Shown here: positions 51,725 through 64,000 of the stretch, in pieces
Layout: the number at the start of each line of letters is the position of its first letter
Numbering within the stretch: the stretch's first letter is position 1
Source of the DNA: Chiloscyllium plagiosum
Taxonomy: Eukaryota
Assembly (NCBI RefSeq): GCF_004010195.1
Contig: NC_057718.1
Span: 97,699,300 to 97,763,299 of the forward strand
Direction of reading: 5' to 3'
DNA: 64,000 bases
Translations under genes and position numbers: made by a program
Notes under the pieces: model-generated
What the model was told of the DNA's origin: nothing
Database searches by the model: none
Seen by the model: the letters and a program-made list of their open reading frames with translations, nothing else

Positions 51725-52255
51725 GGGAGGCAATAGCCTAGTGGTATTATCACTGGATGGTTAATCCAGACACCCAGGCCATGTTCATGGGTTGAAGTCC
51801 TGCCATTGCAGGTGGTGCTGCCTTTATTCCTGATGAAGGGCTTTTGCCCGAAACGTCGATTTTGCCTGTCCTCGGATGCTGCCTGAATTGCTGTGCTCTT
51901 CCAGCACCACTGATCCAGAAATAGCCTAGTGGTATTATCACTGGATGGTTAATCCAGACACCCAGGCCATGTTCCTGGGTTCAAGTCCTGCCATTGCAGG
52001 TGGTGGAATCTGAATTCAATAAACATCTGGAAATTAAGAATCTAATGGTGACCACGAATCCATTGGAGCTTGTAGGGGGAAAAGCCCATGTGGTTCACTA
52101 ATGTCCTTTAGGGAAGGAAACTGCCATGCTTATATGGTCTGGCCTACATGTGACTCCAGACCCACAGCAATATGATTGACTCTTAACTACCCTCTGTGTA
52201 ATTAGGGCCACAAATGTTGGCCTAGCCAGTGATGCCCTCACCCTGTGAATGAATA
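51725..52255 (+). mobile_element. SacSINE1-like DeuSINE with head duplicated around a Penelope-like end (51818-51919)
   Basis: Head at 51732-51817 is repeated at 51920-52005. The full core and tail follow. Confidence 0.8.
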
Positions 52256-52269
52256 ATTAAAAAAAGGTA

Positions 52270-52493
52270 GGATTAGGGTAATGCTGGAAAAACACAGCAG
52301 GTGAGGCAGCATCTGAGGAGCAGGAAAATTGACGTTTCAGACAAAAGCCCTTCATCAGGAATGAGGGCTGATGAAGGGCTTTTGCCCGAAACGTCGATTC
52401 CCCTGTACCTGCCTGACCTGCTGTGCTTTTCCAGCACTACTCTAATCTTGACTCTAATCTCCAGCATCTTGCAGTACCCACTTTTGCCAAATG
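52270..52493. mobile_element. Penelope-like hairpin element, family A
   Basis: Inverted arms. aaaaaaggta at 52260-52269 and 52494-52503. Confidence 0.8.
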
Positions 52494-53484
52494 AAAAAAG
52501 GTACCTTGCCTCATGTGTGAGATTTGTCAGTGACCATGAGAATCTGAATAGTCAACCATGACTCTTCCCAGATGCACTCCAGGACACAACGTCATTGACT
52601 AGTGCTGGTCATAATGAGGAGGAGGAGCCCTGGCTAAACTTTCCCAAGTGCAAGTCTCAAACCAATTCTCAGAAACCAGGGAGCAAGACAGGAAGCATTA
52701 ACCTCAATAAGTAAAATTACTGATCCACCAAAGAATCTCCCACCATTGCATTTTTACAATGACCTGAGTATTGGCTAAATCAGGGCTTCCCAAAAGGAGA
52801 ACTGTGAGCGGGGCCATGATTGGGATTTTGGTGTTGCCAACTCATTGGCATCAAAGACCAATCCTGCTCTTCTCGATCTCCTCCTCCTCATTCCCCCCAC
52901 TGTTCACCAAAGGTCCTGACAATGTTCAGGCCTCAAAACGGGCTCACAGTGAGAAAGGTGTGAGAAACTCTGGGCTAAATCCTAAACTTACTGCTCAAGG
53001 AAATTTTAATTATAAGGATTGCTATGTCGCAGCTTCTGTGTTGCGAGATTTGTGGTGGTCAAGAATTTGCTTTTCGATATTCTCCCAGTGATGAAAAGCA
53101 AGAGCAGCTGAAGCCTCTTAGCCACACAACAAACAAATTAATTGGGTTCGATCTTGAAATGTTGCCATTGCAAAGAGTATTGCTGGAAAACTGCTTAACA
53201 TTTCTCTGACTAAGAGGTGCTCTATTATTTTACTGCACCAAACGCTTTCTGCATCGTTTACTCCAGGACAATGCAAAGGCGGGATTGTCAGTTTTCCCTG
53301 TACAGTCCTTGATTTTAACTGCAAGCAGGTGTTGGTCAGGTCACTGATATCATTGATAAAGAGCTTGGCGGAACAGTTTGACAAGGTGGAATTGGAGGAG
53401 TGGTTTAGCCAGGATCAAGGATTGCTGGTTAATGCAGAGCAACTCATCTTACTTGTCACTACTAAACTGAGTGCTTGAGAAGAA

Positions 53485-53998
53485 CACTGTGTCCAGTTCT
53501 GTTATAGGAAGAATGTTATTAAGTTGGAGAGGGTTCAGAAGAGATTTACTAGGATGTTGCTGGGTTGGAAAGTTTGAGTTATAAAGAAAGGCTGGATAGG
53601 CTGGGACTTTTTTCGCTGGAGTGTATGAGGTTGAGAGGTGACCTGGCAGAAGTTTATAAAATTCTGTGGGGTAATAATGGGGCTAATGGCAGTTGTCTTT
53701 TCCCTCAGATGGGGGATTTCAAGACTAGAAGGCACATTTTTAAGGTGAAAGGAGACAGATTTAACAAAAGCATGAGGGGCAATTTCTTTTTACACAGTGA
53801 GTGGTTCGTGTGGGGAATGAACGTGCAGAGGGAGTGATGGTTGTGAATAGAATTACAGCGCTTTTGGACAAGTACATGAATAGGAAAGGTTTGGAGGGAT
53901 ATGGGCCAGGAGCAGGCAGGTGGGACTACTTTAGTTTGGGATTATGTTCAGCATGGACTGGATGGACCAAAGTGTCTGTTTCCATGACCTAATGACTC
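53485..53998 (+). mobile_element. CR1 3' end
   Basis: LSYKERLDRLGLFSLECMRLRGDLAEVYKIL. Confidence 0.9.
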
Positions 53999-54479
53999 AA
54001 GGAGCAAAGAAGTTTCAGTATTCATTGATTCTCGGCTTCCCCGTTATATTGCTTAACCGCTCTGGTCAGTCAGATTTTGAGGATAAAACTAAGTAGTGTG
54101 GCTAGTTCTGCCTCATACAATTAAAATTGTATCATCCCATTGGTATCTAGACTTTATAGCTGTTTGGCTTCCTCATGTTTTCAGGATAAGGCAGATTTAC
54201 AAAGTTTCAACCACCCATCCTACCTATTCACCCTGAGCTGATTAAAATCAGAATTGGCGTAGTTCCTTCTACTGTGAAGAATAAACTCTCAAATAACTCA
54301 GTTGGTGAAGTCTGCGGTACCTGTGTTATTCAAACCGGAAACCTCCAAATTCATTTCCAAGTCTGTGCTGACTTAACTAAGCCACAAAAACTTAATGAAG
54401 CAAAAGTAAGAGCACTCCCAAGGAATGGACTGACTATCTGAGCTCAACTCAAAGGATTAAAGACAGGATCAAACTTTTT

Positions 54480-54752
54480 TTTAGATTACATACAGTGTGG
54501 AAACTGGCCCTTCGGCCCAACCAGTCCACACTGACCCTTCGAAGAGTAACCCACCCAGAACCATTTCCCTCTGACTAATGTACCTAACACTATGGGCTAT
54601 TTTGCATGGCCAATTCACCTTACCTGCACATCTTTGGACTGTGGGAGGAAACCCACGCAGACACAAGGAGAATGTGCAAACTCTACACAGACAGTCACCC
54701 GAGGCTGGAATCGAACCTGGTGCTGTGAGGCAGCAGTGCCATCGTGCCACCC
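54480..54752 (-). mobile_element. HE1-like V-SINE
   Basis: Tail, V-domain and partial head. Confidence 0.85.
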
Positions 54753-54764
54753 TTAAGACCAGAA

Positions 54765-55540
54765 AAAAATCAGAACAGGAGTAGGCCATTCGGCCCCTCG
54801 AGCCTGCTCCACCACTCAATAAGATCATGGCTGATCTGACATTCCTCATCTCCAATATCCTATTCTTTCCCCACAACTCTTGATTCTCTTATTGATAAAG
54901 AATCTATCACAACCTGAAATGTACACAGTGACTCTGCCCCCACAGCTCTCTGTGGCAAAGGGTTCCAAAGACTCTTAACCCTCTGAGAGAAGAAATTCCT
55001 CCTCATCTTACTCTTAAATTCATTCTGAAATGATGCCCTCTGGTCCTAAACTCTCCCATGAGGGGAAGCATCCACTGAGGTGGCACAGTAGCTCAGTGAT
55101 TACCCCTGCTGCCTTACATCACCAGGGAGCTGGGTTCAATTCCAGCCTCGGACGACTGTCTGCGTGGAGTTTGTACATTCACCCTGTGTCTGTGTGGGCT
55201 TGCTCCGGGTTCCTCCCACAGTCCAACGATGTGTGGGATGGGTGGATTGGTCATGCTAAATTGCCCATAGTGTCCAGGGATATTGTCCAGCGTTACTGGG
55301 TAGAGGGGGGTACGTCTGGGTGGGATGCTCTTCAGAGAGTTGGTATAGACTTGTTGGGCTGAAAGGCCTGTTTCCACTCTGTAGGGATTCTATGTAAACC
55401 CTTTCAAGGATCCTATACCTTTCAATGCAATCACCTCTCATTCTTTTAAACACCAAAGAGTAGACTCCCAATTTGTTTAGTCTTTGCTCACAAGACAATC
55501 CAAGCATAACAGGTATGATAGTAAACTTGAATAAAAACAT
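54765..55540 (-). mobile_element. CR1 3' end with nested + strand V-SINE (~55077-55393)
   Basis: LSCEQRLNKLGVYSLVFKRMRGD. SINE head ggtggcacagtagctcagtg. Confidence 0.8.
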
Positions 55541-55549
55541 CTAATTGTG

Positions 55550-56265
55550 CAAAGATGGATTCCAAAGCTCTGAGATGCAGAGGGGTCTGCATATCCTTAT
55601 CTATGAATTGCAAAAGTTCAGCTTGCAATACAGCCAGTAATTAGAAAAGTAAATAAAGGGTTGTTGTTTATTGTGAGGGAAATTGAATGTGGAAGTAGAC
55701 AGGTTATGCTTCACTGATACAGAATAATTTTGGTTATCCGATCGTCAATTATCCGAATTTTGGATTATCTGAACAAGATCTCAAAGTTCCATAAAAATGT
55801 TGTCCGTTATCCAAACAATCAGTTATCTGAACAATCAGTTATCCGAACAAAATGCTCCCTGCCTGTCTCGTTCGGATAATCGAGGTTGTTCTGTACATGG
55901 TGTTGGCTAGATCACATCTGCAGTACCTTGTCCAGTATTAGTCTCCATATTTACAGAGGAATGTAAATGCATTGGAAGCAGTTCAAAGCAGGTTTACCAG
56001 ATTGATACCTGGAAGGGGCACGTCGGCCTATTCAAAAAGGTTTGGCAAACTCAGTTTGTATCCACTTGTGTTTAGAAGAGAAGGTGGTGATTTGATTGAA
56101 ACCTGTGTCTTGAGGTATCCTCTGATCGAAGAATCAAGAACTAGGGTCACAGTTTAAAAAGTATGGCTTGCACCCTTAAGACAGATGAGCAGAAAAAAAA
56201 TTCTCTCAGGGCTTCTGAGTCTTTAGAGCTCTCTTCCTGAAAAGTAGGGTCCTTGGATGTTTTTC
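55550..56265 (+). mobile_element. CR1 fragment (host of a MITE)
   Basis: LEAVQSRFTRLIPG...FRREGGDLIET. Confidence 0.8.
55720..55893. mobile_element. Tc1/mariner (Tigger/pogo-like) MITE
   Basis: TA|CAGaataattttggttatccga ... tcggataatcgaggttgttCTG|TA imperfect TIRs, TA duplication, internal ttatccgaa repeats. Confidence 0.8.
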
Positions 56266-56269
56266 ACAG

Positions 56270-56552
56270 CATCCCTACAACATGGAAACAAGCCATTCAG
56301 CCCACAATGATGCTCTGAAGAGCATCCCACCCAGATCCACCCCATCCCTATAACCCCACATGACTAACCCACCTAGCCTGCACACCATGGGCAATTTAGC
56401 ATGGCCAGTCCACCTAACCTGCGCATCCTGTGGGAGGAAACCTAGGCAGACATAGAGAGAATGTGCAAAACTCACACAGAAATTGCCCAAGAGTGGTATT
56501 GAACCCGCGTCCCCGGAACTGTGAGGCAGTAGTGCTAACCACTAAGCCACCC
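56270..56552 (-). mobile_element. HE1-like V-SINE
   Basis: Head, V-domain and tail. Confidence 0.85.
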
Positions 56553-56694
56553 ATTTCCTTTAAGGCAGGTCAATAAGTTCTTGTTAAGGAAGGGGATGGC
56601 AGCCATGACTGGCAATTGACCACAGATGGAACCTAAGGAACAAAGCCCCAGAATGTAGGGAGAAAACTGGCAAAGAACATACATTTTGGTCTCT

Positions 56695-57678
56695 CATATG
56701 AACTAGGAGTAGGGCTATCTAGCCCCTCAAGCCTGTTCCACCATTCAGTAAGATCATGGCTTGATCTTTTTGTGGCCTCAGCTCCACTTACCCACCCTCT
56801 TACCATAACCCTTCATTCCTTTACTGTTCAAAAATTTATATGTCTTCACTTTAAAAACATTCAATGAGGACGCCTCAACTACTTCTCTGGGCAGGGAATT
56901 CCACAGATTCACAGCCCTCTGGGTGAAGAAGCTCCTCCTTAATTCAGTCCTATAACTGTTCCCAGTAATCTTGAGGCTATGCCCTCTTGTCCTAGTTTCA
57001 CCCACCAGTGGAAATATCTTCTCTCCTTCTAGCTTATCTATTCCCTTCATAATGTTTGATAAGATTGCCCCTCATTCTTCTAAATTCTGATGAATTTATT
57101 CCCAGTCTACTTAGTCTCTCTTCATAAGCCAACCCCCTCAACTCTGGAATCAACCTAATGATGTCTTCTGCACCCCCTCCAATGCTAGTATATCCTTTCT
57201 CAAGTAAGGAGACCAAAACTGCATGCAGTACTCCAGGTGTGGCCTCACCAGCACCCTATACAGGTACAACATAACCTCCCTGCTTTTAAACTCAATTCCT
57301 TTAGGAATGACCAGCCTTCTGTGATTCATGTACAAGGACACCCAGATCCCTCTGCATAGCAGCATGCTGCAATTCCTTACCGTTCATATAATGGCCCTTT
57401 TTACTGTTATTCCTACCGAAATGGATGACTTCACACATTTATTAACATTGTACTCCACCTGCCAGACTTTTGCCCACTCTCAAACTATCTCTGTCCCTCT
57501 GCCAGGTTTCACAGTCCTCTGCACACTTTGCTCTACCACCCATCTTAGTGTCTTCCACAAACTTTGACACATTACACACGGTCCCCAACTCCAAATCATC
57601 TATGTAAATTGTGAATAATTGTGGTCCCAACACTGATCCCTGAGGCACACCACTCGTCAATGATCGCCAACCAGAAAA
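56695..57678 (-). mobile_element. CR1 LINE, RT region to 3' end (decayed)
   Basis: FSGWRSLTSGVPQGSVLGPQLFTIYIDDL...SKFVEDTKMGG and LYRVLVRPHLEYCMQFWSPYLRKDI. Confidence 0.92.
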
Positions 57679-58034
57679 ACAACTTCGTTCCACACACAGC
57701 TGTATAAAACAGAAACTAATCATTGGTCTATCCAATCCAGTGACTAAAATGCACCAAAAATTCTTAGTACAAGTCACTTGGAAATACAATCATGCTCATT
57801 ATATTGGAGTGTGCTTTGTATGGGAGAGACAGAGTGCTGTTGTGAGTGTATTTACACTTCAAAGACTGCTCAACATCACCCTCTGCATGACAATTGGGAA
57901 TGGTCAATCAATTTTGGTCAATGCTCACATCTCTTGTATGAATTTAAAAAAAGATAAGGCACAATGTTCTTACCTCACTATAATATGTTCGTCCTGGAGA
58001 ATTTGCAGCATGACAGTTTTCTGCTTGTTTGCAG

Positions 58035-58265
58035 CTGCAGAGTGATCTCGATCAAGAATACCAGGACAAGTTTAAGAGGCTGCCACTGGAGATCCAAGAA
58101 TTCGTACAGGACACACTGAAGGGGAAGTTCACTGACGATGGAGATCACAGTGCTCCACCTCCCCCCCTAGCTCCAGATAATGGGAAATTGAATCACAAGA
58201 CATGTTCCAATGAGGACGACTTGGAAGACAATAAATCGGATAAAGTCTTCGCTACTTCCCTTTGA
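58035..58265 (+). CDS. PLCB1: PLCB1 terminal coding exon (PLCB1a-type C-terminus, 76 aa)
   Basis: tttgcag| acceptor. Encodes [31 protein letters not shown]...NHKT...KVFATSL*, matching mammalian PLCB1a [31 protein letters not shown]...EFDTPL. Confidence 0.97.
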   Translation: MQSDLDQEYQDKFKRLPLEIQEFVQDTLKGKFTDDGDHSAPPPPLAPDNGKLNHKTCSNEDDLEDNKSDKVFATSL

Positions 58266-59792
58266 TATGGTCTTTAAGCTGTGTTAACTCATTACTTTTT
58301 TTTTGCAGGTGGAGGAGGCATTGAGGTATGTGGGCAGGTGAATAACTGCTTGAATACTAGCCTGCGTTCTGGAAGACTTATTCAAGCATACAGTGCAGTG
58401 TCAGGGTCGTGTGTGTGGGTGTACATTCTGTTCAAGTGCCAGTACAAAACCAATTGTACAGCGCCACACATTACATTTCTTTGTAAAAAAAAAACCATCA
58501 AAGAGGAACTTGAAACCTGTGATGCATAATTGGCTAACATTGACAACCCACATATCCATAGCATTGCATGTAGGCATCGTGTTGTAAGAACCCTCTGCTT
58601 CAGTCGCAAGCACAGGTTTTCCATTGTCTTTGCTCTCTACATAAAGTACACTTGCCAAAAGAATTATACATTGCTACTTACTTTTAATGTCAGCAATGCT
58701 GAGGTAACAATGTTGCTTATTATAATTAGAGTTTTGGTTGTGCCATTCTAAAACTTCCTGTATAGCTTTGTCCAGTATATTTAAAGGGAAATACGTATCA
58801 GGGATGCATGCATGATGGAAGTATTATGGTTATCACTGTGGATACCTTAAAATATAACTGTTAAGAGACAGTTTTGTTGTGGAGTTTGTGCTGTAATGTA
58901 CTTCAAGGTAGCTTCACAGGGTAAAATAAAAAAAATGTCTTTGACTTGTGTGTACAAAGTAGAGTTACATAGATTTTCTAAAACCGGAGTTGTTATTACA
59001 AGTTAATGTGAGTGACGTAACGGAAAGTCCTTGTATCTAACTGCACAATCAAAATATTGTACCTTGCTTACATCTGAATCATTTGTAAAATTTGTTTTGT
59101 ACAATACCAGTGGTTGTAAATATCCTAAAATGAACGGAAGAAAAAAAAATTGCAGGCAAGTCATTGTATTAATGTGTTTGAATGCACTTTGTGAATGAAA
59201 TTTTAATTTCAAAATTAAACACTGAATATTGCGATAAGGCTATGACTAGTCATCACTGGTAACTTTACTAGTCATCACTGTGGAGGGTAGTCACTGAAAC
59301 AATTTGTGCAAACTGAATTCTTTGATCTTTGGCATGATTCACTCCATGCCAAACATGAAACACGCAACAAATACAGGTATTGCAGCTGTTAAGTGGACAG
59401 GAACAGTAGTTTCAGATTTAAGGAACTATATTGTTGTAAAAATATTTCAATGTCATTTTGGCTGCTCAAACTATAAAATACATGGATCTGTAATTCCGCT
59501 ACATTTGGTATGTGTAATTATTCTGAGTGAAAATATTTCATTGCCAGCATTCTGTGCAGTATTTGTCTAATAATGGTGTTTCAGTAAAACGTTCTCTTTA
59601 TTTTTATACGATTGAATGTGTTATTCTAATGAAATCCCCACCACCATGAGTCTAGCTATATAATCAGCATTGATGATGAGGTAGCTTTTTTGAAACTTAG
59701 TTTTAACTGTAACAGATGATCACAAAAACAGAAAATCATGGTTTTACTCTGTCAATATCACCCCCTACAGTTTTCAATGGTTGTAATGGAAG

Positions 59793-59882
59793 TATGTGTG
59801 TGTATATGCATATACTGTATATATGTGTGTGTGTGTATGTGTGTGTATACGCATATATATGCAACATACACATACATACACT
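59793..59882. repeat. (TG)/(TA)/(CA) compound microsatellite in the 3' UTR
   Basis: Direct reading. Confidence 0.8.
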
Positions 59883-60478
59883 ATACTTGTTATTTAATGT
59901 TACTTGGATTAGATTTATTGAATCTAACAGAAGGGGTCTATATGATGTGAAAGTCTTGTGCCTTTAAAGTATTTACCTTGTTCTGTATCTGTTTAAGTGG
60001 AATATTCAAAGTACTTACTGTGGAAATCCGTATTTATGGCTGTTCTGTACTGAACTAGATTGTATGTGCACTTCATTTAACAACTGCAAACACTACAGCT
60101 TGTGTTCAGCATTAAATGCGGGTCATTCTTGGATTAGGACATTTAACAGTGTTTCACAAAATTCAGCTCTGGTCCAGACAAATAACAAAATCTGTGGTAA
60201 TAGTGAGTGAAGCATAATTCTGTTTATCTCACTGATCATATGAAGTGGATGGTCTGTGCTTTAATATTGTTCAAATGTTTTCACTTAAAGTTAACTGTAG
60301 AATAACAAAATAAACAAAGGGAGGACTTCACGTGAAAAGGGTGTAAATAATATTATCTTTAACAATGATAATTTGTTCTGAGAAGCTTATTCAAATTTTG
60401 TATGAACTCTATGCAATTTTCTGGCATGATGTTTCTTCCACTAGTAATTTTATGTGCATTCATCAGTTACAATGGAAA

Positions 60479-60484
60479 AATAAA
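60479..60484 (+). terminator. Likely distal polyadenylation signal
   Basis: AATAAA followed ~15-65 nt later by GT/T-rich sequence (gggtttctctgtgt...ttgtctgtgtatttcttttc). Confidence 0.55.
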
Positions 60485-60771
60485 ACTTCTTTGAACATGG
60501 GTTTCTCTGTGTCACCATTGCCACCACATCTTGTCTGTGTATTTCTTTTCTTGAAACATCGCCATTTCTTTTGAGAAATCGGACTAAGATATCAGTGACT
60601 AGCATGTGTACAATACTGCGAATTGTAAGAGGTCACAGTGTAGGCACTTAGGGTAGAATTGTTTCACAAAGAGTGACAATCAGAAACTGAGGCCTTTGGT
60701 GAACTGGTAGAGCTGTGCCAGATTTAGCAGTTTAGTAATTTCTCATATCACAGACTTTGCAAGATTTTTTA

Positions 60772-61715
60772 ATGGGGAGTCTCTGGCTAGGCCAGCATTT
60801 ATTGCCCATCCCCAGTTACCCAGAGGGTAGTTTAAGAGTCAGCCACATTGCTGTGAGTCTGGAGTCACATGTAGGTCAGACCACGTAAGGATGTCAGTTT
60901 CCCGAAAGGTCTTTGTGAGCCAGATGGGTTTTTTCATGACAATCGGCAACATTTTCATAGTTATCATTAGACTCTTTTTTAATAGATACTTTTATTAGAA
61001 ATTTAACATTTTTACAAGTTTACAAAAATAAACAAAACTCTCAAGTACAAACATTGATATACAATTAAATCTTAAATAAATAATAACCAAAATTTAACAA
61101 AAGAAAAATACCAAAAAAAAATCAAAACTCAACTAACTACTAATCTAACCTACAACTAACTAGAGTGTATAATTAAGTTTCTTACATTATTCAAATAAGA
61201 GAAAGAAAAAAAAACGGATAACACAGAAATTGGGTAGTGAGATACATGCTCGGAATGTGTTAACCTCAAATGTAACAAAACCCGGCGGGATTCCTCTCCC
61301 AAGGGGCTCCGGACCAGCCAGGTTCGCAATCTCAATTAAATAAAAGCCCTTGTTAGGATAGCCGGAATATCTGTATTTATATAATTCAAGAAGCGCTGCC
61401 ATATTTTATGAAATAATTCGGTCTTTCGGTGCACCATATTTGTAAGGAAGTCAAGGGGAATACATTCCATAATTAATCTGTGCCAATTTGAAAGTCCAGG
61501 GGGGCCCTCAGCCACCCAGTTTACCAAAATATTTTTCCTTGCACAGAAAGAGAGAATAGAAAATAATCTCTATCATTAGACTCTCAATTCCAGATTCTTT
61601 ATTGAATTCAAATTCCACCATCAACCATGGCAGGTTTGAACCCAAGTCCCCTGAACATAAGCTGAGTTTCTGGATTAATAGTCAAGTGATAATATCATTG
61701 TGGCCATTGCCTACC
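60772..61715 (-). mobile_element. SacSINE1-like DeuSINE split by an L1-clade insertion
   Basis: Tail and core at 60772-60975, head at 61571-61715. Confidence 0.75.
60976..61570 (-). mobile_element. 5'-truncated L1-clade LINE
   Basis: Minus ORF remnant ARKNILVNWVAEGPPGLSNWHRLIMECIPLDFL...KIWQRFLNY resembles fish L1 ORF2 C-termini. T-rich 3' UTR, AATAAA and short A tail. 14-bp duplication tatcattagactct at 60962-60975 and 61571-61584. Confidence 0.75.
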
Positions 61716-63415
61716 CACTGTTTTGCAATTAATTTACAAATTAAACACAAACTAAAGACACCGATCATCTAGCACTTCAGACTCCAACTGAATACTCCAA
61801 AAGTAGTGAGTCACATATTTACAGTCAGGAGTTCAATATGTAATAAATCTGTCACCAGGGTTTTGATTTGATTAGATTTATTGTAGTCTCATGTTCCTAA
61901 GGACAGTGGAAAGTTTTGTTTTGTGAGCAGTACAGGCAGATCATAGTAAACAAGGACATACAGATCATAGGGTGCTTAAACTGAGACAGACTTAGAATTT
62001 TGCTTTAAAGTGCAGAACCATTATAAGAAATGTGAGGATAAGATCTGTTATCAAGAGCTCACAAAGAGTTGCATGGTATTGGTGTCATCCTTAATCAGCA
62101 TAAGGCATCTCGCACCACTAGAGGGAATTTAAATGTCTGTAATGGTCATTGAAATAGGAGAAAGTGGATCAAAGTTTTATCAGTCATTCCCAATTGTAAC
62201 ACTCAAGTCTGCCAATCTGTTATCGAAGTTGTCAGTGGAACAAACTCCAAGAAAGATAAAAGGGACCGTTTGACAGTGCAAAGTACCTCCCCCACAGGGA
62301 GTCACACACATTGGCGACGTAGGAGTCTGTGTCAATATGCCTTGTGTTCATTACAAAGGACCAGGCTGCAATTACATTGAGGAAGAAGGCATGAACAAAT
62401 CAGCCACGTAAATCTATTCCCCATGTTTGTTTAACATAAGTCGACAAATATATACAAGCCTTGACCTCCCATTCAGAGTACTTAATAATCCTCTGGAATT
62501 TTGTCATGCATCTATGTAGGAGTGTGTTTTACAGCAACAACCTCTGGCTGAATCTTCCATGCTGAAACACTTAAAGGGCTTCAGACCCACAATATAAGGA
62601 GCAGAATCTATGTGCAGTGTGCGTGTCATTATATACATAAATACTCTCATCTGTAAGCTAAAGGATGACTATTCCAAATTTTCAATACTGTATGCTGCAC
62701 AAGATGCAGTTAACAGGAGGAAGCGTCTGGTACAAAAGCCTTGCTGTGCAAAGACTTTTCAGTTCCTTCAAAAGGGGAATCATTGGCATGAATACAATGG
62801 ACAAAAGTGAATTCAGAGAACTCCAAAACCACAGCAGCCAGTGTTCTGCCCATTTCACCTCATTCTTTCATTTCCTTACTGACTGTTCCCTTTGGTTATG
62901 TGCAAAATCACGATGAACTTTGCAGGAACCAGACTTTTTTTGGTGGATGTTGTTAGGCTTGTTGTTTAGGTTTAGCATCACTTGAAAGTATGGATATTTC
63001 CTAAACAACCTCTGAACAAATGGGATTGAACTAGGCCTCCTGGTTCACAGGCAAGGATGCTACCACTGTACCGCAAGAGCCCTTGAGCTGATCACGTTGC
63101 AGTGAGGGTAACAGGGCATCTGGGATCTTGGTCAGCAATAAGATGAAACACCATGGACTGAGAAGGAGGATGAACCAAAGGAGATGCCAATCAGTTATAG
63201 AGAAAGAAATAAAGGGAGGAGAAGAAAGATTGGATTGCAAGAGAGTGAAGGAAGAAAAGCAAAATTAAGAAAATGTAATTAAAAGTTTTAAAATCTGCAA
63301 CATCCTGAAGGATTGCAACATCCACTTTGATAGTTGCTCACCATGTTTGTTAGATATATTGCAGATACATGCACCATCTCTGTTGTTCTAGCACTGTGCT
63401 GTGTGGTTGCACATA

Positions 63416-63610
63416 CAGGTCTTCTGCTATAACGTGTTTTGTTAACGCAAATTTGCCGCAACACAATTGATTAATTGAGGCCACTGGTCCTACAGCGCGG
63501 CCACTTGAAGCGTGTTGGCTGTAACACAATTACATCGCCAACACTTTAAGTTCTGATCTGAAGCGCAGTTTGGCAAGAATGCAACCAGCACATTATAGAA
63601 GATCTACCTG
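63416..63610. mobile_element. Tc1/mariner-type MITE (old)
   Basis: TA|CAGGTcttctgctataacg ... cattatagaagatctACCTG|TA imperfect TIRs with TA duplication. Confidence 0.65.
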
Positions 63611-64000
63611 TACCTACCCTTTCACATTGACAACTCACTATCTCCTACAGCCGCAGGCTACAGCCTTGCCTTCTGCACTGAAGTGCCCCTTGTGAGACTG
63701 TAGCTGCTGCCCATCTTGAGGGAGCTGCTACTCCATTTATATTTCTCATTCAACCCCACATTCTCAAACTTCGGCGAGCTGCTTCTGGGGAGTGGGAGGC
63801 TGAACACGGAGAGAAAAATTGGACAAACCATTCGTGACTGTGCTCCTGATCAAAGTGACCATACCCAGCTCCAGGCAGTGAGGGGTCATCCAGCCTGAGC
63901 TATGTTCATATGTAGATGTTTTGGAAAAGGAGTGTTTCTTATCCAGGCGCACGTGATGTGTTCCAAGACTGGTGGGCACCACCAGGTCTAGATAATCTCC

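Larger units (their letters stand above)
58266..60510 (+). other. PLCB1: Probable PLCB1 3' UTR
   Basis: AT-rich stretch with no recognisable retroposon after the stop codon. AATAAA at 58925, 60309 and 60479. Repeats resume after ~60770. Confidence 0.65.

Noticed and set aside
55720..55893. Short spaced ttatccgaa repeats resembling an array
   Set aside because: Internal sub-terminal repeats of a TA-flanked MITE, not CRISPR-like.
13374..58034. Orthologue of the mammalian PLCB1b exon (GEGSSS...ALKW)
   Set aside because: No recognisable match by eye. It could be too diverged or lie in the gap.
59245..59280. 14-bp direct repeat actagtcatcactg in the 3' UTR
   Set aside because: Only two copies, most simply a slippage duplication. 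Not an array.

Overview
Vertebrate genomic DNA, almost certainly from a cartilaginous fish (shark), judged by its HE1/V-SINE, SacSINE1-like DeuSINE and CR1 repeat content. The only protein-coding gene is the 3' end of phospholipase C beta 1 (PLCB1) on the + strand. It has two short internal exons (4206-4263, 13287-13373), a ~44.7-kb last intron, a terminal exon (58035-58265, ending in a PDZ-type motif ATSL) and a ~2.2-kb 3' UTR. The rest is intronic or intergenic DNA full of retroposons: CR1, V-SINEs, DeuSINEs, short tRNA-derived SINEs, one L1-clade fragment and two Tc1/mariner-type MITEs. There is a 500-N gap. Main observations: (1) a candidate stop-containing cassette exon at 26516-26601 whose peptide aligns without gaps to the start of the terminal exon, a possible shark analogue of the mammalian PLCB1b isoform; (2) at least three families of Penelope-like element ends carrying minimal hammerhead-ribozyme motifs, mostly inserted as hairpins with 10-17 bp target duplications; (3) one such insertion appears to have carried ~1 kb of unrelated DNA, and another is flanked by an 86-bp duplication. 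Repeat boundaries are approximate and were set by eye.
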